Below the pieces are notes generated by a model. The model had not been told where the DNA came from and did no database searches. It saw only the letters and a list, made by a program, of their open reading frames with translations. Shown here piece after piece: positions 11,812 through 20,291 of a DNA stretch of 64,000 bases (within the stretch, counting starts at the first letter, position 1; every line of letters begins with the position of its first letter). Source of the DNA: Gammaproteobacteria bacterium (GTDB lineage Bacteria > Pseudomonadota > Gammaproteobacteria > SZUA-229); the NCBI GenBank assembly GCA_024636785.1, contig JAGXGK010000025.1, positions 83,476 through 147,475 on the forward strand. The letters are read 5' to 3'. A program made the position numbers and the translations under genes.

Positions 11812-12251
11812 CGACATCTTGAAAGACAGCCCTGAAAGACACCGGAGACCGGAAAAGGAGAGACCGGATAACCATCACATGCTGCATGTAATTCTGTGAC
11901 AGCAAGGGCGCTTTTCTCTGTCAAACACACTCCCCATAGTTCGCATCCTTCCGCCTGAGCTTTTGTAAGCTCTCCCGAGCTTAAAACGCCTTCCAGGCAT
12001 GCCGTTATAAGGCCTCATTATCTAATTCCTCTGGGCAGGCGCACCCATTCATCCGGTAATTGAACCCGTCTATCGCCTCTTAAGCCTTTGCAGTAGTGAT
12101 TTAACTGCGTAAGTTGTTGAAGTAATTGAGTAAATTTATAAAAAGTGTAATGCAGAAATAACGGAAATCAATTGACAAACAGCCCCGATCGGTCTATCTT
12201 TAATCCAGAAGAAACGGAAAAGAAAGAAAAATCAGAACAGAGGGCAAGGCG

Positions 12252-12713
12252 ATGGATTTCAAATCAGTTAGACAAATATTAATGATGACGGCACTGAGTG
12301 CTCTGCCATTTGGCGTACAAGCAGCAAGTGTCACCGCTCAGGTCAGTGCAAACATTGTTCCCATTAGCTCATTTTCTATCTCAGGAGCTGCGCTCTTTAG
12401 TGGTTCACGCAATGAAGGCACCGGCGAGAGCACCGTTCATTTGAGTGCCTCAGGCACAGGTGATGCGGCAACATTAAAAATTCATAATGATAGTGGACAT
12501 GCTTATGATGTTTCCGTATCGCTACCCACCAATTCAGACGATGAATTTTATAGTGAGCTGAAAATTGTCGATTCACAGTTAACACTTAATCAGGCAAGCC
12601 AAAGTGAAAAAGGAGAGCAGCAATTAGAATTTGGAGGTGCTATCGAGATGGAGAATATTCCAGAAGAACAATCGCACACCGGATACGTTTACATTACAAC
12701 GAATTTTTATTAG
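12252..12713 (+). CDS. small secreted protein, DUF4402-like (tentative)
   Basis: Signal peptide MMTALSALPFGVQAAS. About 150 aa, beta-rich, and ends ..GYVYITTNFY, which resembles the DUF4402 family from memory. Confidence 0.45.
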   Translation: MDFKSVRQILMMTALSALPFGVQAASVTAQVSANIVPISSFSISGAALFSGSRNEGTGESTVHLSASGTGDAATLKIHNDSGHAYDVSVSLPTNSDDEFYSELKIVDSQLTLNQASQSEKGEQQLEFGGAIEMENIPEEQSHTGYVYITTNFY

Positions 12714-12785
12714 ACACGACGGCTCGATTTATTATGGTTGTTGATTAATCCCGATTAATGATCCAGTTCGATATGAGGATGAGAC

Positions 12786-13196
12786 ATGTTAACTGAAGAA
12801 TTAAAAATTTTTGAATCGATGAGTGAAGGTATTGTTTTGTTTAATGAAGATGGTACTTTTGACTATACCAACGAGGCGGGTGCTAACTGGTTGTGGGGCT
12901 TTAGAGATGATGATGCTCTGTACGGAAAGCTCGTTACGGTAATCGGTAAAATCGTGGCTCATCCACAGCGCCATCCGGTGATGTTTAAGTTGAAAAATGT
13001 ACCGGAAATAGGTGAAATACATTGCGCAATATTCAGGGTTAATTGTCATATTCTCGTTGTGCTGGATAAGCACCTTGATAATAAGTCGCCGGGTTTTGGT
13101 GTTGTCAGTCCTCTGGCAGGGATTAGAGAGAGGCTACAGCTAATGAGCACGGTCTATGTGGGTGGTAGACCTATGCTGTCTTCCTGTCGCCGTTGA
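12786..13196 (+). CDS. single-domain PAS-like protein (hypothetical)
   Basis: GAGGA RBS 8 nt upstream. SEGIVLFNEDGTFDYTNEAG looks like the start of a PAS fold. Confidence 0.4.
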   Translation: MLTEELKIFESMSEGIVLFNEDGTFDYTNEAGANWLWGFRDDDALYGKLVTVIGKIVAHPQRHPVMFKLKNVPEIGEIHCAIFRVNCHILVVLDKHLDNKSPGFGVVSPLAGIRERLQLMSTVYVGGRPMLSSCRR

Positions 13197-13330
13197 GCCC
13201 TGCCATAAACCAGGTAAGTCGACGCCAGCTGCTGCTATGTCGCTGTGGCCAATGAAGAGTCGCAATATTTCGAAATCATACACTGCAAGGTCAGCAATAT
13301 CTCACCATAATCATATATAAAAAATACTGA

Positions 13331-13404
13331 TGCGGCTATCGGGTTCAGGATGAATTGGCCGCTCTTCCACTCTCTCGCTTTAATCCCCCTGAATACGACA
13401 GCCT
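13331..13404 (-). mobile_element. internally deleted derivative (about 74 bp) of the 164-bp MITE-like element
   Basis: Both ends are retained (GGCTATCGGGTTCAGGATGAATTGGC ... CTCGCTTTAATCCCCCTGAATACGACAGCC) and the central part is missing. Same orientation as copy 1. Confidence 0.6.
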
Positions 13405-13446
13405 TCTAAGCGCTAGGAAGGTTAATAATCGTGGACTTTTTAGACG

Positions 13447-14535
13447 ATGGGTTTTATTCTGGTTACCCATTTAATAGATTCATGCGCCGCTATGCAGACC
13501 GTTACTTTTGAAGCCATATCTGATCTCAGTCCTGATGGAATTATTTTCATTAACAACAAGGGGGAAATTGAATATGTTAATTCAGCTTTCTCTGATGTTG
13601 CCGGTTGTTCATCTATGGATCTAATCGGTATTGATGAAAATGCATTAAATAGCCGCCTGGTTGATTTGTGCGAAACAGGCGAGAACCAGGTGCTTGAAAA
13701 AGGCGTGACGGCAGAGGGTGTTGTCATACAGTTAGCTCGCCCTCAACGTCGATTAATCAGCGCGACAGCACGGGTTATTCATAACGAGGAAGGTTTGGCT
13801 CAGGGAAAGGTTCTCTATTTTCATGATATAACCCACGAACAGGAAGCCGATGAGCGCATCAAGAGTGAGTTACTGTCTGCAGCGGCGCATAAATTACGCA
13901 CACCGCTGGTAGGTATACTGGGTTTTAGTGAGTTACTGTCAAAACGCGAATTCGATACGGCTAAGCAGAAAGAGATTGCTGTCACTATTCATCGTCAGGC
14001 GACCAGTTTTAAAAATATGTTTGATGATTTTCTGGATATTGAAGGACTGGATGTAAGGAAAGGCAGAAATTTCAATTTTGAGAAAAGGACGCTGGAAAAA
14101 CTATTGAAGGAAGTGCTTGCCAGTGCAAAAGATATCTCAGATCAGGTAAAAATTAGTTTTGAGCAGCCCGATGTCTGGCCGGAAGTGAGCTATGATTTTG
14201 ATAAGATAAAACAGGTCTTCTCCAATATTATTAGTAATGCCGTGAAGTATTCAGTCGATGGCGGCAATGTAGATGTCACTACTGTAAGTCGCAGTATCAA
14301 TGGTTATGACGAGTTTGGCGTGCGTATCAGTGATCAGGGCATTGGCATTGCACCGAGCGACCTGCTTCGTGTCGGTGAGCGCTTTTATCGGGTGGGTGAG
14401 CTGCCATCTGTCCCGGGCAGTGGCCTGGGCATTGCCATCGCCAGATCAATTACGGCCATCCATGGAGGCCGGCTTGAGTTAACGAGCACAAAAGGCCAGG
14501 GCACGACGGTGACAGTGTGGTTGCCGGTTGTTTAA
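13447..14535 (+). CDS. cytoplasmic PAS sensor histidine kinase
   Basis: PAS motif SPDGIIFINNKGEIEYVNSAF; H-box AAAHKLRTPL; SNIISNAVKY, DQGIGI, GSGLGIAIA. The start may instead be ATG 13492. Confidence 0.85.
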   Translation: MGFILVTHLIDSCAAMQTVTFEAISDLSPDGIIFINNKGEIEYVNSAFSDVAGCSSMDLIGIDENALNSRLVDLCETGENQVLEKGVTAEGVVIQLARPQRRLISATARVIHNEEGLAQGKVLYFHDITHEQEADERIKSELLSAAAHKLRTPLVGILGFSELLSKREFDTAKQKEIAVTIHRQATSFKNMFDDFLDIEGLDVRKGRNFNFEKRTLEKLLKEVLASAKDISDQVKISFEQPDVWPEVSYDFDKIKQVFSNIISNAVKYSVDGGNVDVTTVSRSINGYDEFGVRISDQGIGIAPSDLLRVGERFYRVGELPSVPGSGLGIAIARSITAIHGGRLELTSTKGQGTTVTVWLPVV

Positions 14536-15116
14536 CTGCTCTGAGTAATCCCCCTTGCCCGGTCTCTGGTAATTCTGTTGTCGGTACTGCCGCGCCAGCG
14601 TCTTTAAATATTCCTCAGAAGCACTATTAATAAATTATCAAGGATGAAGCTCTCCTTCGGGTTCCCCTGTCAAATTTGTATCCAGTCCTGAAACAGTCTG
14701 CCATGAAGTGGAGATTGTCCTTTTTAACGCAGTAAGCACCCGCTAAGAAAATATAACCCATTGATAATTAAGGTTAAAACATGTGTTGAAAGGCAATGCT
14801 TGACTTCACGTGGGGAAGTCGTATCATTGAGTTAAATCAGAAAAAACAGAAATATCAGAATTACCGGTAATTCAGGCTCTGAAAGATTGCATAAATCCTG
14901 ATCAGGCAGCTGAGCTGTTAATTAGGTTGGGGGGTTGAAAAATTTAAGGTGCAATCATGTTAGTTCAGTCAGTAAGTTTCTTTTGCTAATTTCCCACTCG
15001 CTTTTACCGGCAGGTGATTAGAGAAATCTCAGATAAAACATTCGGAATATGAGTTTTAGACCTGGGATAGGAATAAAAGTAATTCGTTTTATAACCAGTA
15101 GTAGCGGTGCAGATAG

Positions 15117-15920
15117 ATGAAAAAGCTAACGATAACACAGATTATCCTGCGCATAGTCAGCATTATTATTCTCGCTGAAATTGGCATTATGATGGCTTTA
15201 ATGTTCAGGAGTTTTGAGCTGGGGCCCTATGAAATAGCCGCTCTGGATGCGGCCATGCTGGTAATGCTGATTGCACCGGCGATTTATCTCTGGATAATCA
15301 AGCCTTATGTCATTGCGCATGAAGCTGCTCTTCATCAGGATAATGTTCGGGTGCACCGTGACTCATTGACCGAATTACCCAATCCCCGTTTGCTGGTAGA
15401 GTTTCTTGAAAAGCTACTGCCCGTTTTTGTCAGGAAAAAATTACATAAATTATACGGAGCGCTGCTGTTTATAGATTTAGATGGTATTAAGGACATAAAT
15501 GATGAACGTGGACACAATGCCGGAGACGCCGTACTGGTTGAGGTCGCCGGACGTTTAAAGTCTTTACTGAGGACTGAAGATATTGTTAGTCGTATTGGTG
15601 CGGATGAATTTGTTATTGTACTGGAGCAGCTTGATATTGAAGAACACGCTGCAAGGAGTAAAGCCTTAGCGATAACCAGAAGAATTCAGCGAGAGCTGGT
15701 TAAAGTAATCGGTTTAAAAGCAATGATATTGCAGATTGATTCCAGCATCAGTTTGCGTTTTTTGACATCCGATTTAACAGGCGTTGATGCGGTGCTTAAA
15801 GATGCCGACACTGCTATCTATCGTGCCAGGAAGGCGGGTAAGGGGTGTATTGTTGTTTCCGGAATCGACGACCCTGTCGATAATGTGATTCGAAGGTGGC
15901 CTGTTCAAGCCGGGCTTTGA
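15117..15920 (+). CDS. membrane-anchored GGDEF-domain protein with a GADEF variant active site
   Basis: Two N-terminal TM helices. FIDLDGIKDINDERGHNAGD and RTEDIVSRIGADEF: an RxxD I-site five residues before the GADEF motif. Confidence 0.8.
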   Translation: MKKLTITQIILRIVSIIILAEIGIMMALMFRSFELGPYEIAALDAAMLVMLIAPAIYLWIIKPYVIAHEAALHQDNVRVHRDSLTELPNPRLLVEFLEKLLPVFVRKKLHKLYGALLFIDLDGIKDINDERGHNAGDAVLVEVAGRLKSLLRTEDIVSRIGADEFVIVLEQLDIEEHAARSKALAITRRIQRELVKVIGLKAMILQIDSSISLRFLTSDLTGVDAVLKDADTAIYRARKAGKGCIVVSGIDDPVDNVIRRWPVQAGL

Positions 15921-15987
15921 GTTATTGCTGATTGCTAACGGGTCAGTCGTAGGCGAATGTCTTATTCGAAAACCCGGGACACATAAT

Positions 15988-16026
15988 AAAAAAATCCGGG
16001 CACCTCACGGCGCCCGGATTTTTTAG
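15988..16026 (-). terminator. rho-independent terminator downstream of aprA
   Basis: AAAAAAATCCGGGC..GCCCGGATTTTTT hairpin flanked by A and T runs, directly after the aprA stop. Confidence 0.6.
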
Positions 16027-16043
16027 TACTTACCATTCAAGAT

Positions 16044-18029
16044 TTATTTGAACAGTTTGGACTTGTCGACCAGATCAACGTGTGCACGTTTGAAACAGGT
16101 CCACTGTTTGGTTTCTTTGTCGTAAATTGAATTAACGAAGCAATGCCAGTTTTCTTCATCAATGAAGTTCTTGTCAGTGCGGTAATAGAAACCGGGGTAA
16201 CGAGATTCCTGACGGAACTCGATGTGTTTCAGATGAGCTTCAGCTGTCAGGATGCGGTGATAGTTTTCCCAGGCACGAAGTAATTCGTGAAGGTCTTTAG
16301 CACGCATTTTTTCAGCATCTTCCTTCAGCATGTCCAGTTTTTCACCGGCTACTTTCATCATTTCGGCGTTTGTGTTGTAGTAAGTAGCAACACCCCCTAC
16401 ATATTCATCCATAATTTTTTGCAGACGGAACTGCAACATTTTTGGAGTGATGTAGTAAGGATTAATGTCGATAGCAGTGGTGTAGTCTTTATGCTCAAAA
16501 TAAGTTCTAACGGGTTTGTAGATATCAGAAACCAGCTCTTCTACTGGAGTGTCCAGCTCTGGTTTGAAATCTGCATTATCCAGGCAGTACTTGACCATAG
16601 ACTTGGCACACATACGACCTTCAGCATGAGAGCCAGAAGAGAATTTGTGACCGGAAGCACCAACACCGTCGCCAGCTGTAAACAGACCGCTAACAGTGGT
16701 CATGCCACGGTAGCCCCAGTTCCAGCCTTGTGGCAGGTGAGAAGGTACACCTTCTTCAGTTTCTATAGTTGGCGCGCCAACATCAGTAGGGCCTGAAGTC
16801 CAGATACCACAACAACCTGAGTGTGAACCCAACAGGTATGGTTCGGTAGGCATCAGCTCAGAGTTTTTCTTCTCGGGCTCAATGTTCTCACCAACCCAGA
16901 TACCACATTGACTGACACACATGTCAAGGAAGTCTTCCCAGGCTTCAGCTTCCAGATGCTTAACTTCACGCGGTGACAGAGTCTCATGCAGGTTAGCTAG
17001 AGCTGTAACAGTATCCATCCAGATAGGACCGTTGCCGTCTTTCAGTTCTTTCAGCATTAAGTGGTTGCGCAGACAGGATGCAGGAGTCGAAGCCGCTCCG
17101 TATGGAGGATAGTCATCCAGCATAGCCCTGTTCTTGGCCATGTAATCTTCACCGTAGGCGTTAGTCGCTTTAGACTTGAACAACAGGAACCATGCGCCAA
17201 CAGGACCGTAACCGTCTTTGAAACGGGTAGGTACGAAGCGATTTTCCATCAGAGTCAACTCAGCGCCTGCTTCAGCGGCCATTGAGTAGGTAGAACCGGC
17301 ATTCCATACCGGGTACCAGGCACGACCTATACCTTCACCCACTGAACGTGGACGGAAGATGTTTACACAACCACCAGCGGCCAACAGAATGGCTTTAGCG
17401 CGGTATACGTGGACGGTGTTGTCACGAGTAGAGAAGCCAACAGCACCAGCGATGCGGCTGGGGTCATTCTTGTCGTTAACCAGTTTAACGATGAATACAC
17501 GCTCACTGATGTTTTCGACGCCCAGTGCTTTTTTAGCCGCTTCGGCGACGATCCATTTGTAGGATTCACCGTTGATCATGATCTGCCATCTACCGGAACG
17601 TACCGGCTTGCCACCATCTTTCAAAGGTGTCATGCCTTTAGAACCGTCAAAACGCTCACCGTTTTCATCAGTTTTCCAGATGGGCAGGCCCCATTCTTCG
17701 AACAAATGCACAGACTCGTCAACATGACGACCTAAGTCGTATACCAGATCGTCACGGGTAATGCCCATAAGGTCGTTAGAGACCATACGTGTGTAGTCAG
17801 CAGGGTCCTGATCAGGACCAATGTAAGTATTGATTGCAGACAGACCCTGTGCAACCGCACCAGAGCGATCCATAGCGGCTTTATCAACCAGTCTTACTTT
17901 CAGGTTAGCACCTGATGCTTCGATCCAGCGTGGAATTTCAAATGCTGTGCCACAACAGGCCATACCACCACCGATAAGAAGGATGTCTACATCCTCTTCG
18001 ATGACTTCAGGTTTTCCAAATTCTGCCAT
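16044..18029 (-). CDS. aprA: adenylylsulfate (APS) reductase alpha subunit
   Basis: 661 aa. FAD-binding N-terminus DILLIGGGMACCG. The overall sequence is characteristic of AprA, and it lies 17 nt downstream of aprB. Confidence 0.95.
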   Translation of the reverse strand: MAEFGKPEVIEEDVDILLIGGGMACCGTAFEIPRWIEASGANLKVRLVDKAAMDRSGAVAQGLSAINTYIGPDQDPADYTRMVSNDLMGITRDDLVYDLGRHVDESVHLFEEWGLPIWKTDENGERFDGSKGMTPLKDGGKPVRSGRWQIMINGESYKWIVAEAAKKALGVENISERVFIVKLVNDKNDPSRIAGAVGFSTRDNTVHVYRAKAILLAAGGCVNIFRPRSVGEGIGRAWYPVWNAGSTYSMAAEAGAELTLMENRFVPTRFKDGYGPVGAWFLLFKSKATNAYGEDYMAKNRAMLDDYPPYGAASTPASCLRNHLMLKELKDGNGPIWMDTVTALANLHETLSPREVKHLEAEAWEDFLDMCVSQCGIWVGENIEPEKKNSELMPTEPYLLGSHSGCCGIWTSGPTDVGAPTIETEEGVPSHLPQGWNWGYRGMTTVSGLFTAGDGVGASGHKFSSGSHAEGRMCAKSMVKYCLDNADFKPELDTPVEELVSDIYKPVRTYFEHKDYTTAIDINPYYITPKMLQFRLQKIMDEYVGGVATYYNTNAEMMKVAGEKLDMLKEDAEKMRAKDLHELLRAWENYHRILTAEAHLKHIEFRQESRYPGFYYRTDKNFIDEENWHCFVNSIYDKETKQWTCFKRAHVDLVDKSKLFK

Positions 18030-18046
18030 TTTTTAAACCTCTTTAA

Positions 18047-18520
18047 TTAAAGTTTGATCAGTTCACTACGATCACCGGCGCGGTAACCTTTCTGTTCCAT
18101 GTGATTGAAGAAACCGTTGTCTTCGATCTTGGCTATGTCAGCTTCGGGTTTGCCTGCATAAGGCTCGATAGAGCCTTCAGCGGTGGTGCGGAAGGGGAAT
18201 TTGAAACGTTTCATAGTTCCGTTACGGAATTTGATTGTCCACATGATTGAATCAGCACCGCGCAGAGGCTGTACGGAACCACCCAAAGGTACAACGTCAG
18301 CATAATGACGGCATTCAACAGCGTTCTGAGGGCAGATCTTAACGCAGGCATAACATTCCCAGCACTGCTCAGGTTCCTGGTTGTAAGCCATCATGGCGTG
18401 TCCGGTTTCTGAACCGTCCTTGTCCAACTTCATCAAATCGTGAGGGCAGATGTACATGCAAGCTGTACGATCCTGGTCTTTACAGCCATCACATTTTTCT
18501 GTACGTACGAAAGTAGGCAT
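18047..18520 (-). CDS. aprB: adenylylsulfate reductase beta subunit (2x[4Fe-4S])
   Basis: MPTFVRTEKCDGCKDQDRTACMYICP ... CWECYACVKICP. I chose the ATG at 18520, which has an AGGAG RBS; the ORF track begins 11 codons earlier. Confidence 0.92.
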   Translation of the reverse strand: MPTFVRTEKCDGCKDQDRTACMYICPHDLMKLDKDGSETGHAMMAYNQEPEQCWECYACVKICPQNAVECRHYADVVPLGGSVQPLRGADSIMWTIKFRNGTMKRFKFPFRTTAEGSIEPYAGKPEADIAKIEDNGFFNHMEQKGYRAGDRSELIKL

Positions 18521-19041
18521 TATTATTAACTCCTGGAGTTTTATTTTTTGCAATTACAGCAGATCACAACGTAATGTCCGAACAGAGCGGTGGAGCTACA
18601 TTAATCTCTACCTTTTCCTCATCTTTCAGGTTTACGAAGGAGCCAGTCGCCGGTTATTCAGCTGTCTGTAGCGACCCGTAACTGTAGTCATCTTACCAGC
18701 TGGAAATAGTGTTAGCACCTGAAAGAGATCCCAGGTACGAATAAAAAAGGGCGGGGTTCGCATTTTAGGCGCAATGCCGGTAAAAAAGCAAAGAAATCAG
18801 GTCGTTTCGGGTGCGAACCATAGTGCCTTAAGGTATAAACACCATATAAACTTACTACTGTAGTGATAAATTTTACTTATGAAGGAACCCATTTGTATTT
18901 TTGTATAAAAATCAGTGAGATATGATTTTCTGGCTATCGGTAAATTGAGAGTTATTATCCTTAAGATGTTTGGCTATAACTGGCATGTATTACAGGTAGA
19001 ATGGCGCGTTACTTGATCTGTAAAGAAATCAAATTATTACC

Positions 19042-19677
19042 ATGTCAGAAAAAGAAAACAGTATTACCCCCACCGAAATCAGTCTGCATCAGAAATCCCG
19101 CTTACTGGAACTCGCATTTTCAGATGGCTTCCGTTTCAAGTACCCCTGTGAGTATCTGCGGGTGTTTTCCACCTCCGCCGAAGTTAAAGCCATGACACAG
19201 CCCGTCCACGGCAAAGAGATGGTGAATATCTCCAGTCTGGAACCTCAGGGTGGTTACGCCTTAAAAATTAATTTTGATGATGGCCATAATACCGGCATTT
19301 TCTCATGGTCCAGCCTGCACGAACTGGGTGTGAATTATGAACAGAACTGGGCGGATTATTTAAAAAAACTCGCCGCACATAATTTACAGCGTGGAGAAGG
19401 AAGGCTAATTGGTGACGATGGCAAGGTTCACATCAAGCTGGTCTATTTTATCGAACTGGCAAAACTGTCCGGTAAGAATGAAGAGGAGGTCGTCATTCCC
19501 GACTCAGTCACCAACGTGGCAACGCTGCTGGCGTGGATGCGCAAACGCGGCGAGAGCTGGAAAGAGCGGTATGCCGATGACCGGGTTCAGGTCACGGTGA
19601 ACAAGCAGTTTTCCGAACCCTATACGCTGATTGAACACGGTGATGAAGTCGCGTTTGTGCCGAGGCCGAAGTTTTAA
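19042..19677 (+). CDS. fusion protein: N-terminal DUF971 domain plus C-terminal MoaD/ThiS-like beta-grasp domain lacking the terminal Gly-Gly
   Basis: DUF971 pattern LELAFSDGFRFKYPCEYLRV...GGYALKINFDDGHNTGIFSWSSLHEL. The C-terminal half HIKLVYFIELAKLSG...HGDEVAFVPRPKF parallels MoaD (..GDEVAFFPPVTGG) but ends in KF. Confidence 0.65.
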   Translation: MSEKENSITPTEISLHQKSRLLELAFSDGFRFKYPCEYLRVFSTSAEVKAMTQPVHGKEMVNISSLEPQGGYALKINFDDGHNTGIFSWSSLHELGVNYEQNWADYLKKLAAHNLQRGEGRLIGDDGKVHIKLVYFIELAKLSGKNEEEVVIPDSVTNVATLLAWMRKRGESWKERYADDRVQVTVNKQFSEPYTLIEHGDEVAFVPRPKF

Positions 19678-19687
19678 ATAAAAAAGT

Positions 19688-19722
19688 TTTCACCGCAGAG
19701 AGCGCAAAGAACGCAGAGAAAA
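19688..19722 (+). repeat. solo CACCGCAGAG-type repeat unit, followed by a REP-like hairpin
   Basis: TTCACCGCAGAGAGCGCAAAGAACGCAGAGAAAAG is the same unit as at 56811, 58694, 59937, 60418 and 60689. The hairpin TTGTAGGTT..AACCTACAA follows. Confidence 0.7.
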
Positions 19723-19929
19723 GCTTTTGTAGGTTCGAATGAATTCAAACCTACAAATAATTTAAATTTTTTCTTTTTGCAAACCTGTTGTGGTAACTCA
19801 TGACTTTGGTTGATGGGTGCGAGAACCCGCTACCACTGAAATATCAAAATATAAAAAACTGGATTCCGGCCAAAGTCACGCCGGAATGACGGATTATTGA
19901 TGAATATATTGTGATGACAAAAGGAAAAA

Positions 19930-20208
19930 CTATTCCTCAACCAGTCCATTCTTCTGCAAAATCGTATAAACCTTCTTACAGGTTTTGCTCATACGATTAA
20001 TATCGCCAAAATTTGGCTGCACACCATCCTGTAATTTCTGTTCCCAATCTTCCAGTTCCGTTTCCAGAAAGCCTAACAGCTTCAACGAACAACCCTGACA
20101 GAAATCTGAGCATAATTTCGCTTCGCCTGCATCGAAAGGCATGACTTCGCGTACCTCGTCGATGATGTTCTGCATGGCAGTAGATGTATCTGGTTTCATA
20201 CTGACCAT
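19930..20208 (-). CDS. small acidic protein with a CxxxCxxC motif (hypothetical)
   Basis: I started it at MVSMKPDT (20208) because the longer track ORF would run through the upstream terminator and into the PEP-CTERM gene. It contains LCSDFCQGCSLKLLGFLE. Confidence 0.45.
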   Translation of the reverse strand: MVSMKPDTSTAMQNIIDEVREVMPFDAGEAKLCSDFCQGCSLKLLGFLETELEDWEQKLQDGVQPNFGDINRMSKTCKKVYTILQKNGLVEE

Positions 20209-20234
20209 TTTACTGCGGAGAATAAGTGAAAGCC

Positions 20235-20271
20235 AAAAAAACGGCGCGATCTTTCGATCAGCGCCGTTTTT
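20235..20271 (-). terminator. rho-independent terminator after the PEP-CTERM-type gene
   Basis: A7-ACGGCGCGATC TTTC GATCAGCGCCGT-T5. The hairpin is nearly identical to the one at 21265-21303 but in inverted orientation. Confidence 0.65.
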
Positions 20272-20291
20272 ATTTTTATCTTTAAAAGTAA

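Noticed and set aside
11626-11817. Small ORFs 11626..11817(-) and 47645..47893(+) with strikingly similar peptides (TIPDFEAHSYSTQRKIG.IWAALPLPQPI)
   Set aside because: The similarity comes from the repeated 164-bp palindromic DNA element. The reading frames run out of the element into unrelated flanks and have no RBS. I treat this as a DNA/RNA-level repeat, not a protein.
18521-18553. N-terminal extensions in the ORF track for aprB (18553), dsrA (45428), dsrR (32991), dsrJ (36968), the slyD-like gene (29769), dapC (62983) and the small gene at 20352
   Set aside because: Internal ATGs with good RBSs give N-termini that match the conserved family starts (MPTFVRTEKCDGC, MAKKIYETPML, MITITPEAAKQ, and others). 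The extensions would also overlap upstream genes or terminators.
19871-19882. 12-nt identity CCAAAGTCACGC shared with 27256-27267
   Set aside because: Exact 12-mers are expected by chance many times in 64 kb when both strands are counted, and the flanks do not align.
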